A stretch of DNA of 64,000 bases, taken from positions 66,464,001 through 66,528,000 of the forward strand of contig OX597815.1 of assembly GCA_951406725.2 (NCBI GenBank). The letters are read 5' to 3'. Position numbers and translations under genes: made by a program. Positions 1 to 12,879 of this stretch are shown in pieces. The DNA comes from Octopus vulgaris. Its lineage: Eukaryota. The notes below the pieces were generated by a model. It did no database searches. It was not told the origin of the DNA and was given only the letters and a program-made list of their open reading frames with translations. Each line of letters opens with the position of its first letter. Position 1 is the first letter of the stretch.

Positions 1-80
1 TAAAGGAACTTGACTTAGACATTTTCCAAAAAAGTGAAAGCTAGCTGTCACAACAGCATTACCAATGGTAGTTTAAATTA

Positions 81-710
81 ATCATCATCATCATCATTGT
101 TTAACATCCGTTTTCTATGCTAGCATGGGTTGGACGGTTCGACCGGGGTCTGGGAAGCCAGGAGGCTGCACCAGGCTTCAGTCCGATCTGGCAGTGTTTC
201 TACAGGTGGATGCCCTTCCCAACGCCAGCCACTCCATGAGTGTAGTGAGTGCTTTTTACATGCCATTGGCACTGGTATCACAACTACAATTTCCATTGAT
301 CTTTTTTATCAATTTCAATTTCACTTGCCTCAGCAGGTCTTCACAAGCAGTTTTATGTCCAAAGAAGGAAAGGTATGCATAAGTGGACTGGCTACATCTC
401 AGGTAAAGGCCATGGGTCTCACTTGTCCTGCCGGGTCTTCTCACGCACAGCATATTTCCAAAGGTCTCAGTCACTAGTCATTGCCTCAGTGAGACCTAAT
501 GTTCGAAGGTCATGCTTCACCACCTCGTCCCAGGTTTTCCTGGGTCTACCTCTTACACAGGTTCCCCGCAACAGCTAGGGTGTGGCACTTTTTCACAACC
601 TATCTTCATCCATTCTCGCCACATGACCATACCAGCGCAATCATCTCTCTTGCACACCACAACTGATGCTTCTTAAGTCCAACTTTTCTCTCAAGGTACT
701 TACACTCTGT
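81..710 (-). mobile_element. 5'-truncated RTE-clade LINE (ORF C-terminus, 3' UTR and (GAT)n tail)
   Basis: Near-identical to the 3' parts of the longer copies at 10.8-12.6 kb and 46.7-48.5 kb. The minus strand encodes GRPRKTWDEVVKHDLRTLGL, and (CAT)n at 81-97 is the tail. Confidence 0.9.
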
Positions 711-787
711 ATTAAAAAAATGGGTTGTATTAACAGGTTCAATGAAGTTGCTCAGAGGTGGGGCCGATCAGCTTCATTCCATTTATT

Positions 788-1006
788 CATCATCATCATC
801 CTCATCATTTAACGTCCGCTTTCCATGCTAGCAGGGGTTGGACGATTTGACTGAGGACTGGTGAACAAGATGGCTGCACCAGTCTCCAATCTTGATCTGG
901 CAGAGTTTCTACAGCTGGATGCCCTTCCTAACGCCAACCACTCTGAGAGTGTAGTGAGTACTTTTACGTGCCACCGGCACGAGGGCCAGTCAGGTGGTAC
1001 TGGCAA
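788..1006 (-). mobile_element. RTE LINE 3' end fragment
   Basis: Shares the 3' UTR core (tttctacagctggatgcccttcctaacgccaacc) and the (CAT)n tail with the other copies. Confidence 0.85.
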
Positions 1007-1101
1007 TTATATTCATCTTTTCTATTAGTTTTGTTTTTTTGTCCCCACCTTGTGTTGTCCTCTCTAAGCACAGCCTTCATGGCCAATTTCATGAAATAAA
1101 G

Positions 1102-1441
1102 AAGCTTGCTTCCCAACCACATGGTTCTAGGTTCAGTCCTATTGTGTGGAACCTTGGGCAAGTGTCTTCTACTATAGCCTCAGGCCTTGTGAGTGGATTT
1201 GGTAGACGGAAACTGAAAGAAGCCTGTCGTATATATTATATATATGTGCGTGTGTGTGTTGTCCCCCACCATGACTTGACAACTGATGTTGGTATGTTTA
1301 CATCCCCATAACTTGGCGGTTCGACAAAAGAGACCAATATAATACTAAGCTTGCAAAGAATAAATCCTGGGATTGATTTGTTCAACTAAAGGCAGAGCTC
1401 CAGCATGGTCGCAGTCAAATGACTGAAACGAATAAAAGAAT
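1102..1441 (+). mobile_element. tRNA-derived SINE (CORE-like segment, internal TA/TG microsatellite), slightly 5'-truncated
   Basis: Colinear with the full copy at 46278-46680: ccttgggcaagtgtctt, ggaaactgaaagaagcc, and the 3' end atgactgaaac. Confidence 0.85.
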
Positions 1442-1782
1442 ATACACACACACACACACACGTGTGCAACAGGCTTCTTTCAGTATCCACTTACAAGTCT
1501 TTGGTCAGGCAGAGGCTGTAGCAGACAACACTTCCACAAAGTGCAGCATGAACCCAGGGCCGTATGGTTGGGGAGCAAGTTTCTTACCCACAAAGCTACT
1601 CCTATGCTTATACCACAATCACAAATACCAACAATGAACAGGTTTACAATATTCCTCTTGTCTACTGCATTTCCTATTTCTGATGATGCCACTGCTGTCC
1701 TTGGCACTGGGAATTACTCCTTAAAATATAACCTGATGTTCTAAACCAATAACAATATAGTTCCAACCATTTTTTACTGTAA

Positions 1783-2020
1783 AGACATATGGTCTAGTGG
1801 TTAGAGTGTTGCCCTCACAATCACAAGATTGTAGTTTTGATTCCTGGACCAAACAGTGTGTTGTGTTCATGAGCAAACACACTTCATTTTCACATTGCTC
1901 AAGTTCACTTTGTAAATGAGTAACTCTGCAATGAACTAACATTCTGTTCAGGAGGAAAGTTGTGATCTCAGTCAATTATGTGCTATGGAAACCAGGTGTC
2001 TGACTTAGTGAGTTCTAAAA
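1783..2020 (+). mobile_element. tRNA-derived SINE, second family
   Basis: A-box-like tggtctagtggtt and B-box-like gttttgattcc, followed by ttgtgttcatgagcaa. A related copy lies at about 55682-55890. Confidence 0.65.
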
Positions 2021-4185
2021 ATCAAGACAGTAATGTCCAGGTGATGATTAAGATTTATCTGTTCCTTTTATTGAATCACAACTAAATACTTTGGTAACAA
2101 CTTTCATTTTACTGAGGAAGCACACAAATGATTAAAGAAACAAAAACTGAAGAAAAACAACTTTATTATCAGATTTATCTTTCCCAAAAACTTTTGTGCA
2201 AGAATATTGAAATGGATAAAAAAAAAACAAACAATTTTGGTAAATAAACAAGAAAAAGAATAAAGAGTAGGGGTAATCTCCGGTAAATATTCAAACAATA
2301 TGAAAAGAAACTTTTGCAACAAACGAACTGAAAACATTACAAATATGGAAGGGCAAGAGCCTGCACTCTACTAGCTACTTGACTCTTGTATCAAGTGGAA
2401 TGTTTCACACTGTAGAAGTAACATATTTTGTATCAGCTCCTATTATCACAGTGTACGACTATCATTGCTCTCAAAAACTTTGCCCACACAAAATATTTTT
2501 ATTGCTAGCTTCATTTTATTTCTGGGTCGCAACCCTTACTATTATATTCATTTATTTATAGAGTAGAGGTGCTAGGCTGTCCCGACGTACAAAATCTGCA
2601 AACCGGTTTCGAATACTGATTGGAACCTTTCCTCGTCACGTATACCATTGTGCTCTTAGGAAATGCATGAACATCAAAACTTCTTATTTATCTATCGATC
2701 ACAAAAATACAAGCTTCATGCTTATACAATAAATAATTTAATATTTTAAAATCGTAAAAAATGTTTTTGCTGTTGTTGTTGTTACTGTTGCTTCTGCGGC
2801 TGTGGTGTTGCTAATATTACTTTTACAATATCCACATCTGTTACTTTGGGTTGTTTTTTAGGGAAGGTCATCCTGACATATCGAAGAAATTATTTATAAG
2901 ATCTCAGTAGAAGATAGAGGGGACGACCCCCAAAATAACAACATACTAATTAAACTGAATATATAGTATACATAGATATATAGTATATATACACATACAC
3001 ACATACATACACACCTACAGTTACACAGTGTTAGGTGTAATAAAGATATTACCGTAAAAGACTTATAAAATATGGTTGACCAGAATAATCCCACAGCCAA
3101 AGTGAATTGGTCAGATTCGAGAGAGAAAAAGGAAAGAGTTTGTTTAAAAGTCCCATCATATTAAAACTACACACCAAATAAGTATGGAATACTATAGTCA
3201 TTATATATTTAATCGGAATATGCAATAGATAAAACAAAAACTAGAGATTTTTCGACAACTTTGCTGGTTTAGTGGACGAAAACAACAATAAAAAGAACCA
3301 TACATTACCAGTGTAAAAGTAGCGTTGGGTGAGTCCCTGGTCTATCCACCGCAAACTAATTTATTGAGAAGGCTAATTGTCATGTTGATTAATAACATAA
3401 AACACACATTGATAGGAGGAATACTACTAATAATAATTTGATCGTGTTAAATATTTGATGAAAGAAAGAGGAGAGTTACGAAGTTGAGAGAGACAAAAGT
3501 TTTCCAAATATATCTTGGAGCTGCAGCATCAGCATGGTCATAAGCAGCAGCAGGGTAAAACCTGTGCAAGAATTAATACACTGTATGCTTGCGAGCGTGT
3601 GTGTGTATAAATATATTTATATTTATATATACATATAGACACGCTATCGCAAACTACTTGAGAATGCCTAACACGGGAGCAGTCCTTAACGAGGCCATGT
3701 TGATCATTACATTTCCCATCAACAAATGCAAGAACACAGTCAACAAATTCTAAAATGTTGCATCGCCGTTAAAAAGAAATCGAATTACTTCAACAAATGT
3801 CAGGACAGGGTAAATAAAAGGAAACATTAACATATTTATTCGATATGGGCGTAGATATATTAAAGTGGGTGGTGTAGGATAGTTGGAGCGCTCCCTACGT
3901 AACTGGTCAGATTCGGACATGTTTTGCCAATTAACACCAAGCAGAGCTGTTGCTGTTTATTGTGTGTGTATTCGTATATTTAGACAAGTTATTTAAGAGA
4001 TGACAGATCGATAAAACATCTGCTATAAATGCTTTAAATATTCTACTGCTAGTAATTAAATATAATAAAATCTTACGCATGTAAAGTTTTTTTTTTAATT
4101 CAGATGTTGAACAATGTTAGAAATTTGACGCACAGAATTAAAATAAAAAGAAGATAAAGTAATTTAACTAAAAATACACGATCGT

Positions 4186-4320
4186 CTTACCTCAAATGAG
4201 GGTGATTTCTTCTTGCCACCAGCCTAGTTGAGGACTGTATACACTAACATTGCTTGCTGTTAGTCTTGTAAATGTAATTAAATGTTAATTAAACTCTCAA
4301 AGTGCAAAGGGACATAAACT
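4186..4320 (-). promoter_or_regulatory. Candidate first exon/promoter of a minus-strand transcript
   Basis: Unique CpG-retaining DNA with a minus-strand donor AG|GTAAG (plus cttacct, about 4186-4192) and the motif AAGGGACATAA at 4307-4317. Confidence 0.4.
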
Positions 4321-4865
4321 CGCCAACATCTTTGGGACGGGCACCTGCTTCTTGACATTTGTTTCATCTATTTTATTGCCGTTTCAGATAAATATTGATT
4401 TATTGATCAAAACGCTCGGTGAAATATTTTGTTTCTTTTTCAGAATTTTGTTTGTTTTTATTATGTTTTCATTTTGAAATAAAATCATTGTGCACGGTTA
4501 TACCACAATATGGAGTTATTTTCTTACTAAGTCAAATACTGAATATATATATATATATACACGTATGCATGTGTGTGTGTGTATCTTTTACTTCTTTCAG
4601 TCATTAGACTGTGGCCATGCTGGGGCACTGCTTGGAAGAATTTTAGTGAAGCGAATCGATCTCAGAACTGACACATAAACGTGTGTGTGTGTTAGTTTCC
4701 GCCTCCCAAATTCACTCATAAGGCACGAAGTTATAGAAGCAGAAGACATTTATTCAAGGTATCACACAGTTGGATTGAACTAGGAATTGGGAAGCAAACT
4801 CCTTACCACGCGGCCACGACTGCGCCTTAGATCTATATATGTGTATAATACGCACACACACACGC

Positions 4866-4906
<41 letters not shown>

Positions 4907-4908
<2 letters not shown>

Positions 4909-6006
4909 GGGTGTTCAGACTAAATCTGATGGTATTTTTATGTCTCCTTCATGGGAACAGCTAGATGTATTGGTGAACAGTCAACAGCATTGGAGAGTAT
5001 AAACATTAAAGTTATATACAAATATGCTGATAATTTATTTTCAAACACACAGACGCCATAAACATTTGGTAAATTACCCTTACAAAGCAGAAAAAACTTG
5101 GGCTGTTTGCTGACAAATGTTTCCGCTTTGTAAGGGTAATTTACCCAATGTTTCTGCTGTTCTAACAGTGTCTCTGCATTCGAAAATAAATTATCATCTC
5201 ATTTGTATGTTAATATACACATTTCGGCGCTTATACAAAAAACGAATGTTAGTTTGTTTATATTTATATACACATGATTAAAGTTACAGTTGAGAAAAAG
5301 TTAACAGACATGGAGAAATGGAAGACATCTAAGTATTGGAAAAGAGTTGTTTGTATCATGATAATTCGTGCTAGGTATCAAAATGCCAACATCAATGTTG
5401 CTCAATGCTGTGTGAGCACTGTAAACAGTTGTAAGACATGATATGGATAGTTGCAACGGAAACCCAACAGGTGTTTTAATTGCATCTGCATGCCTGGATT
5501 CATCCCCACATATCTGAATGTGGCCTTAGGCTCAATTATGTGAAACTGCTGAGAAATGTGGTCAATCCTTGGCTGGGAGGGTTGCTGTTGGAAGGCCATA
5601 TGTATGACAGCAGGATTGGGGTCCTTGCCATACCTCAGGAAAGAGTCAGAAGTGGTTGTCAGAGGATTTTTATAACAACACCAGTTCTAATTTCTGGCCT
5701 CCTAATATCTGCAATTGTAATCTCATGAGTTGCTATGAGTGGGGTGCAGTTGAGAGGGATACCAACCACTCTGCCAGCAATACCAAGGCTGAGCTGGTGG
5801 CCAAAATCAAGGAGGTGTTCAAAGATCTTCTCAAGGACACAGTGAGGAATTCATGCACCAAGTTCCAAAATCTATCTTGAGGCCACGGTAGAACCTGAGG
5901 GTGGCTATACTGAATAAACTGTTAACTCCCAGCCTTAATCTAGTTGAAATTTTTGTGTTTTTAAAATACTTTTATGCAAACTGTCAAATTTAGCCCAAAC
6001 ACCCAG
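4907..6006 (+). mobile_element. Decayed Tc1/mariner element (DD37D/maT-like) with an internal fold-back
   Basis: Imperfect TIRs cagggtgttcagactaaatctgatggt and actgtcaaatttagcccaaacacccag in TA/CA flanks. Transposase remnant NFWPPN..CN....WGAVERDTN. Inverted duplication at 5016-5208. Confidence 0.8.
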
Positions 6007-6121
6007 TATATATATATATATAATACACACACATAGTGCGTATGTGTATATATGTATGTATATATATATATACTACATATATATAAGCACACACATGCAT
6101 ACACGTGCATGTGTGTGTGTG

Positions 6122-6176
<55 letters not shown>

Positions 6177-7002
6177 GCATATATACACGCATATATATAC
6201 ATGTGTATGTAGTGTGTGTACATACAAGTATATGTGCATGAGTACATGTGTATGTGTGTGTTTGTGTATGTGTTGACAAATTCTAAAATATCAGTTTGAG
6301 AACCACGTAAGAAATTCACACCTAATAATTTATAAACATTTAAAAATTAAGGTGGTAAAATTATCAGAAAAGCCATTTCTATTCATTTTGTCAAATATGT
6401 ATGTATGTGTGTGTGTGTGTGTATATATATACACGGACTATTTACTACATGTTCACACAGACTGTCCATATCCTTCCAACTGATTTGGAGTACTTAATTC
6501 ATGGATTTCTTGCTCTACCCCTGGATTACATTATCTTTAAATTTCTTCAGAGTACATCATTTCTGCACCTTTGATTGTAATATATATATATACACATGCT
6601 GAAATATATATACACATACATACATTAAATATATATATATATACATGCACACACAAATACACATATGTGCAAGAATGTGTATGTAAGAATGTATGTACAT
6701 GTCTGTATACATGTTTATGTTTGTGTGTGCGTGTGAGAGAGAGAGTGTGTGTGTGTTCGTATGTGTAGGTGGGTGTGTGTGTGTATGTTTGTGTATATGA
6801 ATGGATATGTGAGTGTTAGGGATTTAGGTAGGGGCTTACTAAAAGAGAAATAAATAGTGGAATGACCACTCCCAAATGAAACCCAAGAAATAGAACAAAA
6901 CAAACTGATAGAAAAAATTTATAAACAAAAAAGAATTATCAAATTACACACACACACACACATATATATATACTACATATATATATACATACACACATAT
7001 AT

Positions 7003-7060
<58 letters not shown>

Positions 7061-7504
7061 CATACATGCATATATAAATGATTACTTCATCTTGTCAGAT
7101 GATAAGCCGTGTAACATTCAGCCAAGAAATAAAATGAGCGAGACATCTATATATATCATTGGTTTTAAGTGACAAAAGCTTTGCCAGTCTCTCAGTTGTC
7201 GTAGTAGATTCCAGTGACAAAAATTGCAAGATGACTGGTGCCATTTTGACTGTAAATTTTATGTCAGATATCTTTCTTCTGGGAGAGCTGCCTTCCCTGT
7301 GGCTTAGTCAGAAATAATGGAAGCCTCCTCTACCCCAGAGAAATCTATTTAACCCATAAAACGGACTCTGACAGCTACTACCATTCTGGGATGGAACAGA
7401 CTGGGGGGTAAGAGCTGACTCCACGTTCTCTGCAACTCCAGAACTATCAAACTGGAGTTACACCACTGGATGTAGTTTAATATTTTATGCAAGACATACA
7501 TATA

Positions 7505-7721
7505 CAAGGGGTGCTGAAAAGTTCCTGGCTTCAAGGGTGTTGTGAAAGGCCTGGTTGGAGACCTAACCTTCTGAGTTCTTTTACAGGGCTTAAAAATCTG
7601 AAGGACTGCTGCAATAAGTGTGTAAATCTGAGAAGGGAATATGTTGAATAAAATCATAATTAATTGATCCTCCTTTATTTTCTTTTATCTAAAGCCAAGA
7701 ACTTTTCAGCCACCCACCCTG
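7505..7721. mobile_element. mariner-type MITE
   Basis: TIRs caaggggtgctgaaaagttcctggct and agccaagaacttttcagccacccaccctg with TA flanks. Confidence 0.75.
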
Positions 7722-7868
7722 TATGTATCTATGTATATATATGTATATATAGATATATACATGTATAGATATATATGTGCATGCATATATACATACACAT
7801 ACACATATATATATATATGTGTATGTATATATGCATGCATATATATATATATCCATAAATACAAACAT

Positions 7869-7995
7869 GCATACATACATACATACATACATACATACAT
7901 ACATACATACATACATACATACATACATACATACATACATACATACATACATACATACATACATACATACATACATACGTACATACATACACACA
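7869..7995. repeat. (ACAT)n tetranucleotide microsatellite
   Basis: Read directly from the sequence. Confidence 0.97.
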
Positions 7996-8450
7996 CAGGA
8001 AGTCAGTCGGCTCAGTTGCTAGAGAAGTAGGCAAAATGTTGTATGGTATATTCCAACTCACTGAGTCCACAGTTCAAATCCCATCAATGTCAACTCTGCT
8101 TTTCATTTTGAAGTCAAGAAAGGTTAAACCTAGAGAGTTTTTATCCTTCCTTTTCTAGGGACATTTCAGGATTAGGGTATGCATCATAATCCCTAAACAG
8201 CATTGCTTAGTCATGTGAGTCACTCTTCAGTGTATTCATGACCACCACACACAAATCATCAACAGACAGATTTCTCAGCAACACCTACCAATTTCTCCTT
8301 CTTGCCACCTTCACAATTTATCTCTCACCACTAAGCTTTTCCCCACCCTGAACATTAGTATCACTACAGGGTAAGATGCCTCATGTACTCAAGAGCAGAC
8401 ATATACATCATCTCAGTCCTCAAGCCCATAACCCAACAGAACATCAAATA

Positions 8451-8899
8451 CAATGGTAGACTGAAAAGTTCATAGGCTAACCAAGATACTATCATGGAAC
8501 ATGACCAAATGAGGTTTATTCTTTGATATAGACCCCTTGTAGTTCCCACACTTCTTCCATTGGTGTTGTGGTGCTTGGATTTCTTTGGTGAAGAAGTTTT
8601 CTTCTTGTTGATCAAAAAAGTCATCTATAGCAGATATCATCATTGTGATACTGGTTGATTCCTAACCAAGAGGTTTTTCACATTGGGGAACAGACGACAG
8701 TCAGATGGGGCCAAATCAGGAGAATAATTGAGGGTGGGGTGATCAACCAGTTTTCTGCAGGTACTTGATAACATCACAATGCCAATTTTTTTCCCTTTTT
8801 AAGAGCATCTGCTACTAGACAGATTTAATGCATGCAAGATTTCACAGCTCAAACATCACTCCTTTATAGTCAGCTTATGAACACTTCAGTCTACCAGTG
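8451..8899. mobile_element. mariner-derived non-autonomous element
   Basis: Imperfect TIRs ggtagactgaaaagttcataggctaac and gtcagcttatgaacacttcagtctacc. Confidence 0.65.
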
Positions 8900-9184
8900 T
8901 GCATGACAGCAGGAGGAAGAGAAACCTGCTTCTATTTAACATGTATTTGAAAGCAAGGGTTACTTGAAGGTGACCTTATCAGCCTTGACATAACACATTA
9001 TTGGACATGCAAAACCTCTTTTATTGTTATGGAACAAGCAGCACTAGCCATACTGCTGCTCTTGTCCACAACTGCTAATTAGCCATAAAACTGGTTTATT
9101 CGTGGCTGACCTTTATATCTAGAGAAGTTCCACCATGCTTGACTTGTGACCCCCCCCCTTACACACACAGTACACTGCTACAAG

Positions 9185-9339
<155 letters not shown>

Positions 9340-10279
9340 CAGGGTGCGCAAGTTACTTGAGGACAAATTCTTTTTTTTTTTTTTAGAATATATGATAACA
9401 GAAAATAACTTTATTAATGAAAACGTTTGTACATATAAACTAGATTGTCTTCTTTATGATCTTATTCAATGTAGCCACCTTCAGCATCAATAACTGCTTT
9501 TATGCAAGATCTGATTCATCTACATGCCTGAATCAAATGGTTCCAGTTCATATCAGACATTACTTTCACTTTGGTGGCTTTCAAAGAATCCTTAATATTA
9601 TGGGAATGTTGATTGACCTCTCTTTCAATGACACTTCACACATAGTAGTCCAATGGATTGAAATCTGATGAGTTTGGAGGCCAAATGTTTGGGGTTATGT
9701 GGTCCTGGTCAAAGCTTTCTCATCTGAGAAAAATCAAATTTAGTCATGTTCTTCTGCATTTTTAACTTTGTTTAATAACCTTTCAGACCTGAGCAAAACA
9801 ATTTTCCTTTTTTTTTTTTTTTTTTTAATACATGTATTGACCTCTCCTCATCATGTTAGACTTGTGCTGGATGTTTTTGTGGACAACATTTCAGATTGTC
9901 CTTCCTGACTCATGGAGATCTTTTGCAATTGACCTCACAGATTTTTGGGGATTTCCGTCAGTGATCTGTTAAACTTATCAAATAAATTTGGGTGTTCTGA
10001 GGGTATTGGGGCATAGGGAATGTGTTTTGCATTTCAATACTGGTGATACCTTTCAAATTGAGGCTTCTAACTTCTTGCAAACTTTGTAGACAAAAGATCA
10101 GGTGACTTTAAAAAACTGACCTGTCTCTAAATCACTCTGTTCAGCCTTTAAGGTCTCAGTTACAGCAGGCCTTCTCATCTCTTGACTAAGCTGAGTGTCT
10201 GCCATTATTATCTTCTGAAACGTAAATGACAGAGTTATAACTAAAAAATGTCATGTTCTCAAATACCCTATGCACCATG
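9340..10279 (-). mobile_element. Decayed Tc1/mariner element (DD37D-like)
   Basis: TA-flanked ends cagggtgcgca and tgcaccatg. The minus strand encodes DHITPNIWPPNSSDFNPLDYYV. Confidence 0.8.
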
Positions 10280-10292
10280 TATGTGTGTGTGT

Positions 10293-10334
<42 letters not shown>

Positions 10335-10407
10335 TATAACATTTTTGAATAGCACAACAATGCAAATTGGACTATAATAACTGTTATAATTAAATTATTC
10401 ATAGTCT

Positions 10408-10454
10408 GATATGACATAATATTTCAGAATATAAAAATTCCTTCTTCAGATATC
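10408..10454 (-). ncRNA. Type I hammerhead ribozyme (left arm)
   Basis: gatat CTGAAGA aggaatttttatattct GAAA tattatg TC atatc: helix I gatat/atatc, intact core, GUC cleavage triplet. Confidence 0.7.
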
Positions 10455-10570
10455 ACTAAGAATTAATCAAGTCACCACTATAATCAGTTTTCCAATGGCT
10501 TTTCTGAAAAAAAAAATTTCAGTAACCATTAAAAAACTGATTATAGCAGGGACTTGACCAATTCCTAGCA

Positions 10571-10616
10571 ATATCTGAAGAAGGAATTTCTATATTCTGA
10601 AATATTACATCATATC
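10571..10616 (+). ncRNA. Type I hammerhead ribozyme (right arm, helix III weakened)
   Basis: atat CTGAAGA aggaatttctatattct GAAA tattaca TC atatc. Confidence 0.6.
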
Positions 10617-10726
10617 AGTTTATGAATACTTAAATTATAACAATTATTATAGTCCACTCTGCATTGTTGCGCCATTCAAGACACATTACATTTCACAAAC
10701 AATGCACAAAGGTTCAAGTGAACTAC

Positions 10727-10766
<40 letters not shown>

Positions 10767-10768
10767 AT

Positions 10769-12571
10769 ATCATCATCATCGTTTAACGTCCACTTTCCAT
10801 GCTAGCATGAGTTGGAAGATTTTGACTGAGGGCTGGTGAACCAGATGGTTGTACCAGTCTCCAATCTTGATTTGGCAGAGTTTCTACAGCAGGATGCCCT
10901 TCCTAACGCTAACCACTCTGAGAGTGTAGTGGGTGCTTTTTACATGCGACTGGCACAGGGGCCAGCCAGGCGGTACTAGCAATGACCTCGCTCGAATCCT
11001 TTTACACATGCCACCAACTCAGGTGCCAGTAAGACGACTTTGGTAATGATCACGCTCGAATGGTGCCCTTTTACGTGCCACTGGCATGGAAGCCAGTTGG
11101 CTGCTCTGGCAATGATCACACTCAGATGGTGCTCTTGGCACCCTACTAGCACGAGCACAAGTGCCAGTAAGGCGACACTAGTAACGATCACACTCGAATG
11201 GTGCCCTTTAAATGCCACTGTCACAGAAGCCGGTTAGCCGCTCTGTCAATAATCATGCTCGTATGGTGCTCTTTGCACCCTGGCAGCATGGACGCAAGTC
11301 ATCGAATTTGATTTTGATTTTGCTTTTGATTGATTTGATTTGATTTCACTTGCCTCAGCAGGTCTTCGCAAGCAGAGCTTTAGTGACCAAAGAAGGAAAA
11401 GGTTACGTACAAGTGGGCTGGTTACGCCCCTGGCATAGGCCATGAGATTATGCTTTCACTTGGCTTGCCGAGTCTTCTCATGCATGGCATATTTCCAAAG
11501 GTCTTGGTCACTAGTCATTTCCTTGGTGAGGCCTAATGTTCGAAGGTCGTGCTTCACCACTTCATCCCAGGTCTTCCTGGGTCTACCTCTTCCACAGGTT
11601 CCCTCAACCGCTAGGGTGTGGCACTTTTTCACACAGCTGTCCTCATCCCTTCTCGCCACATGACCATACCAGCGCAGTTGTCTCTCTTGCGCACCACATC
11701 TGATGCTTCTTAGGTCCAACTTTTCTCTCAAGGTACTTACACTCTGTCGAGTATGAACACTAACATTACACATCCATCGGAGCATACTGGTTTCATTCCT
11801 TGCGAGCTTACGCATGTCCTCAGCAGTCACAGCCCATGTTTCACTGCCGTGTAGCATGGTTGTTCGTACACAAGCGTCATACAGTCTACCTTTTACTCTG
11901 AGCAAGAGGCCCTCTGTCACCAGCAGAGGTAAGAGCTCTCTGAACTTTGCCCAAGCTATTCTTATTCTAGCAGCTACACTTTCAGCGCACCCTCCTCCGT
12001 TACTGACTTGGTCCCCTAGGTAACTGAAGCTATCTACTACTTCTAGTTTTTCTCCCTGGAATGAGGCGGAAGCTGGTCTCTGTGCATTTTCAGCGTTTAT
12101 TGCTCCTGAGCATCTGCCACATACAAAAACTATCTTCCCAGTTAGCCTTCCTTTGATATTACTGCACCTCTTATGTGTCCATAGCTTACACTGGGTACAT
12201 CTTATAGAGTTTCTACCTACACCTCTACTACAGATTGAGCAGGGCCATCTATCTGAAGGGATTTGTGGTTTGCCTGCCTTCCTACATATTAGGACTTTGG
12301 TTTTAGCTAGGTTGACTCTAAGGCCCTTCGATTCTAATCCTTGTCTCCACACTTGAAACTTTGCCTCTAGTTCTGATAGTGCCTCAGCAATTAGAGCGAG
12401 GTCATCAGCATATAGGAGCTCCCAGGGGCTTCCTGTCTTGAATTCCTCTGTTATTGCCTAGAGGACTATGATAAATAGGAGGGGGCTGAGGACTGAACCT
12501 TGGTGGACTCCTACATCTACCCTGAATTCTTCAGTGTACTTGTTGCCAACCCTCACCTTACTTACAGCATC
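10769..12571 (-). mobile_element. 5'-truncated RTE LINE (RT C-half, PHD-like finger, C-terminal domain, long repetitive 3' UTR)
   Basis: ORF 11456-12352 has GLRVNLAKTKV, FSYLGD, MLHGSETW and LRWYGHV. Upstream the minus strand reads GVHQGSVLSPLLF and LLYADDL. Confidence 0.95.
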
Positions 12572-12817
12572 TTATATATATATAAGCTCTTATATATATA
12601 TATACTGCACTTGGTGAGTGTCTGCCATTATCATCATTACAATTTTAGCATCTACTTTTCTATGACTGGATGTCCTATCCATTACCAACATTCACCTGTT
12701 CCCAAGCAAGGTAATATTTCCCTTTGGCTAGACATGCTTTTGCACAATACAAGAAATGAATAAAAGCCATTTACGACTATCACAAGATGTCAAGATGTCA
12801 AGAGGAGACACAAACAT

Positions 12818-12879
<62 letters not shown>

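Larger units (their letters stand above)
10329..10726. mobile_element. Palindromic Penelope-type pseudo-LTR pair carrying two hammerhead ribozymes
   Basis: Inverted arms of about 180 bp centred near 10511, each with CTGAAGA...GAAA...TC. Flanked by (GT)n and (AT)n, with a roughly 30-nt extension on the right arm only. Confidence 0.75.

Noticed and set aside
1612-1747. Possible minus-strand exon bounded by AG and GT
   Set aside because: No through-reading frame and weak splice signals. Not supportable without RNA data.
5961-8070. Many overlapping YI/HT/CV/MYVC-repeat ORFs (also near 22, 44.6, 61 and 62.7 kb)
   Set aside because: They are translations of (TA)n, (CA)n and (TACA)n microsatellites, which lack stops.
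10940-11300. CRISPR-like or attC-like array
   Set aside because: The units are contiguous diverged repeats in a LINE 3' UTR with no unique spacers or cas genes, in a eukaryotic context.
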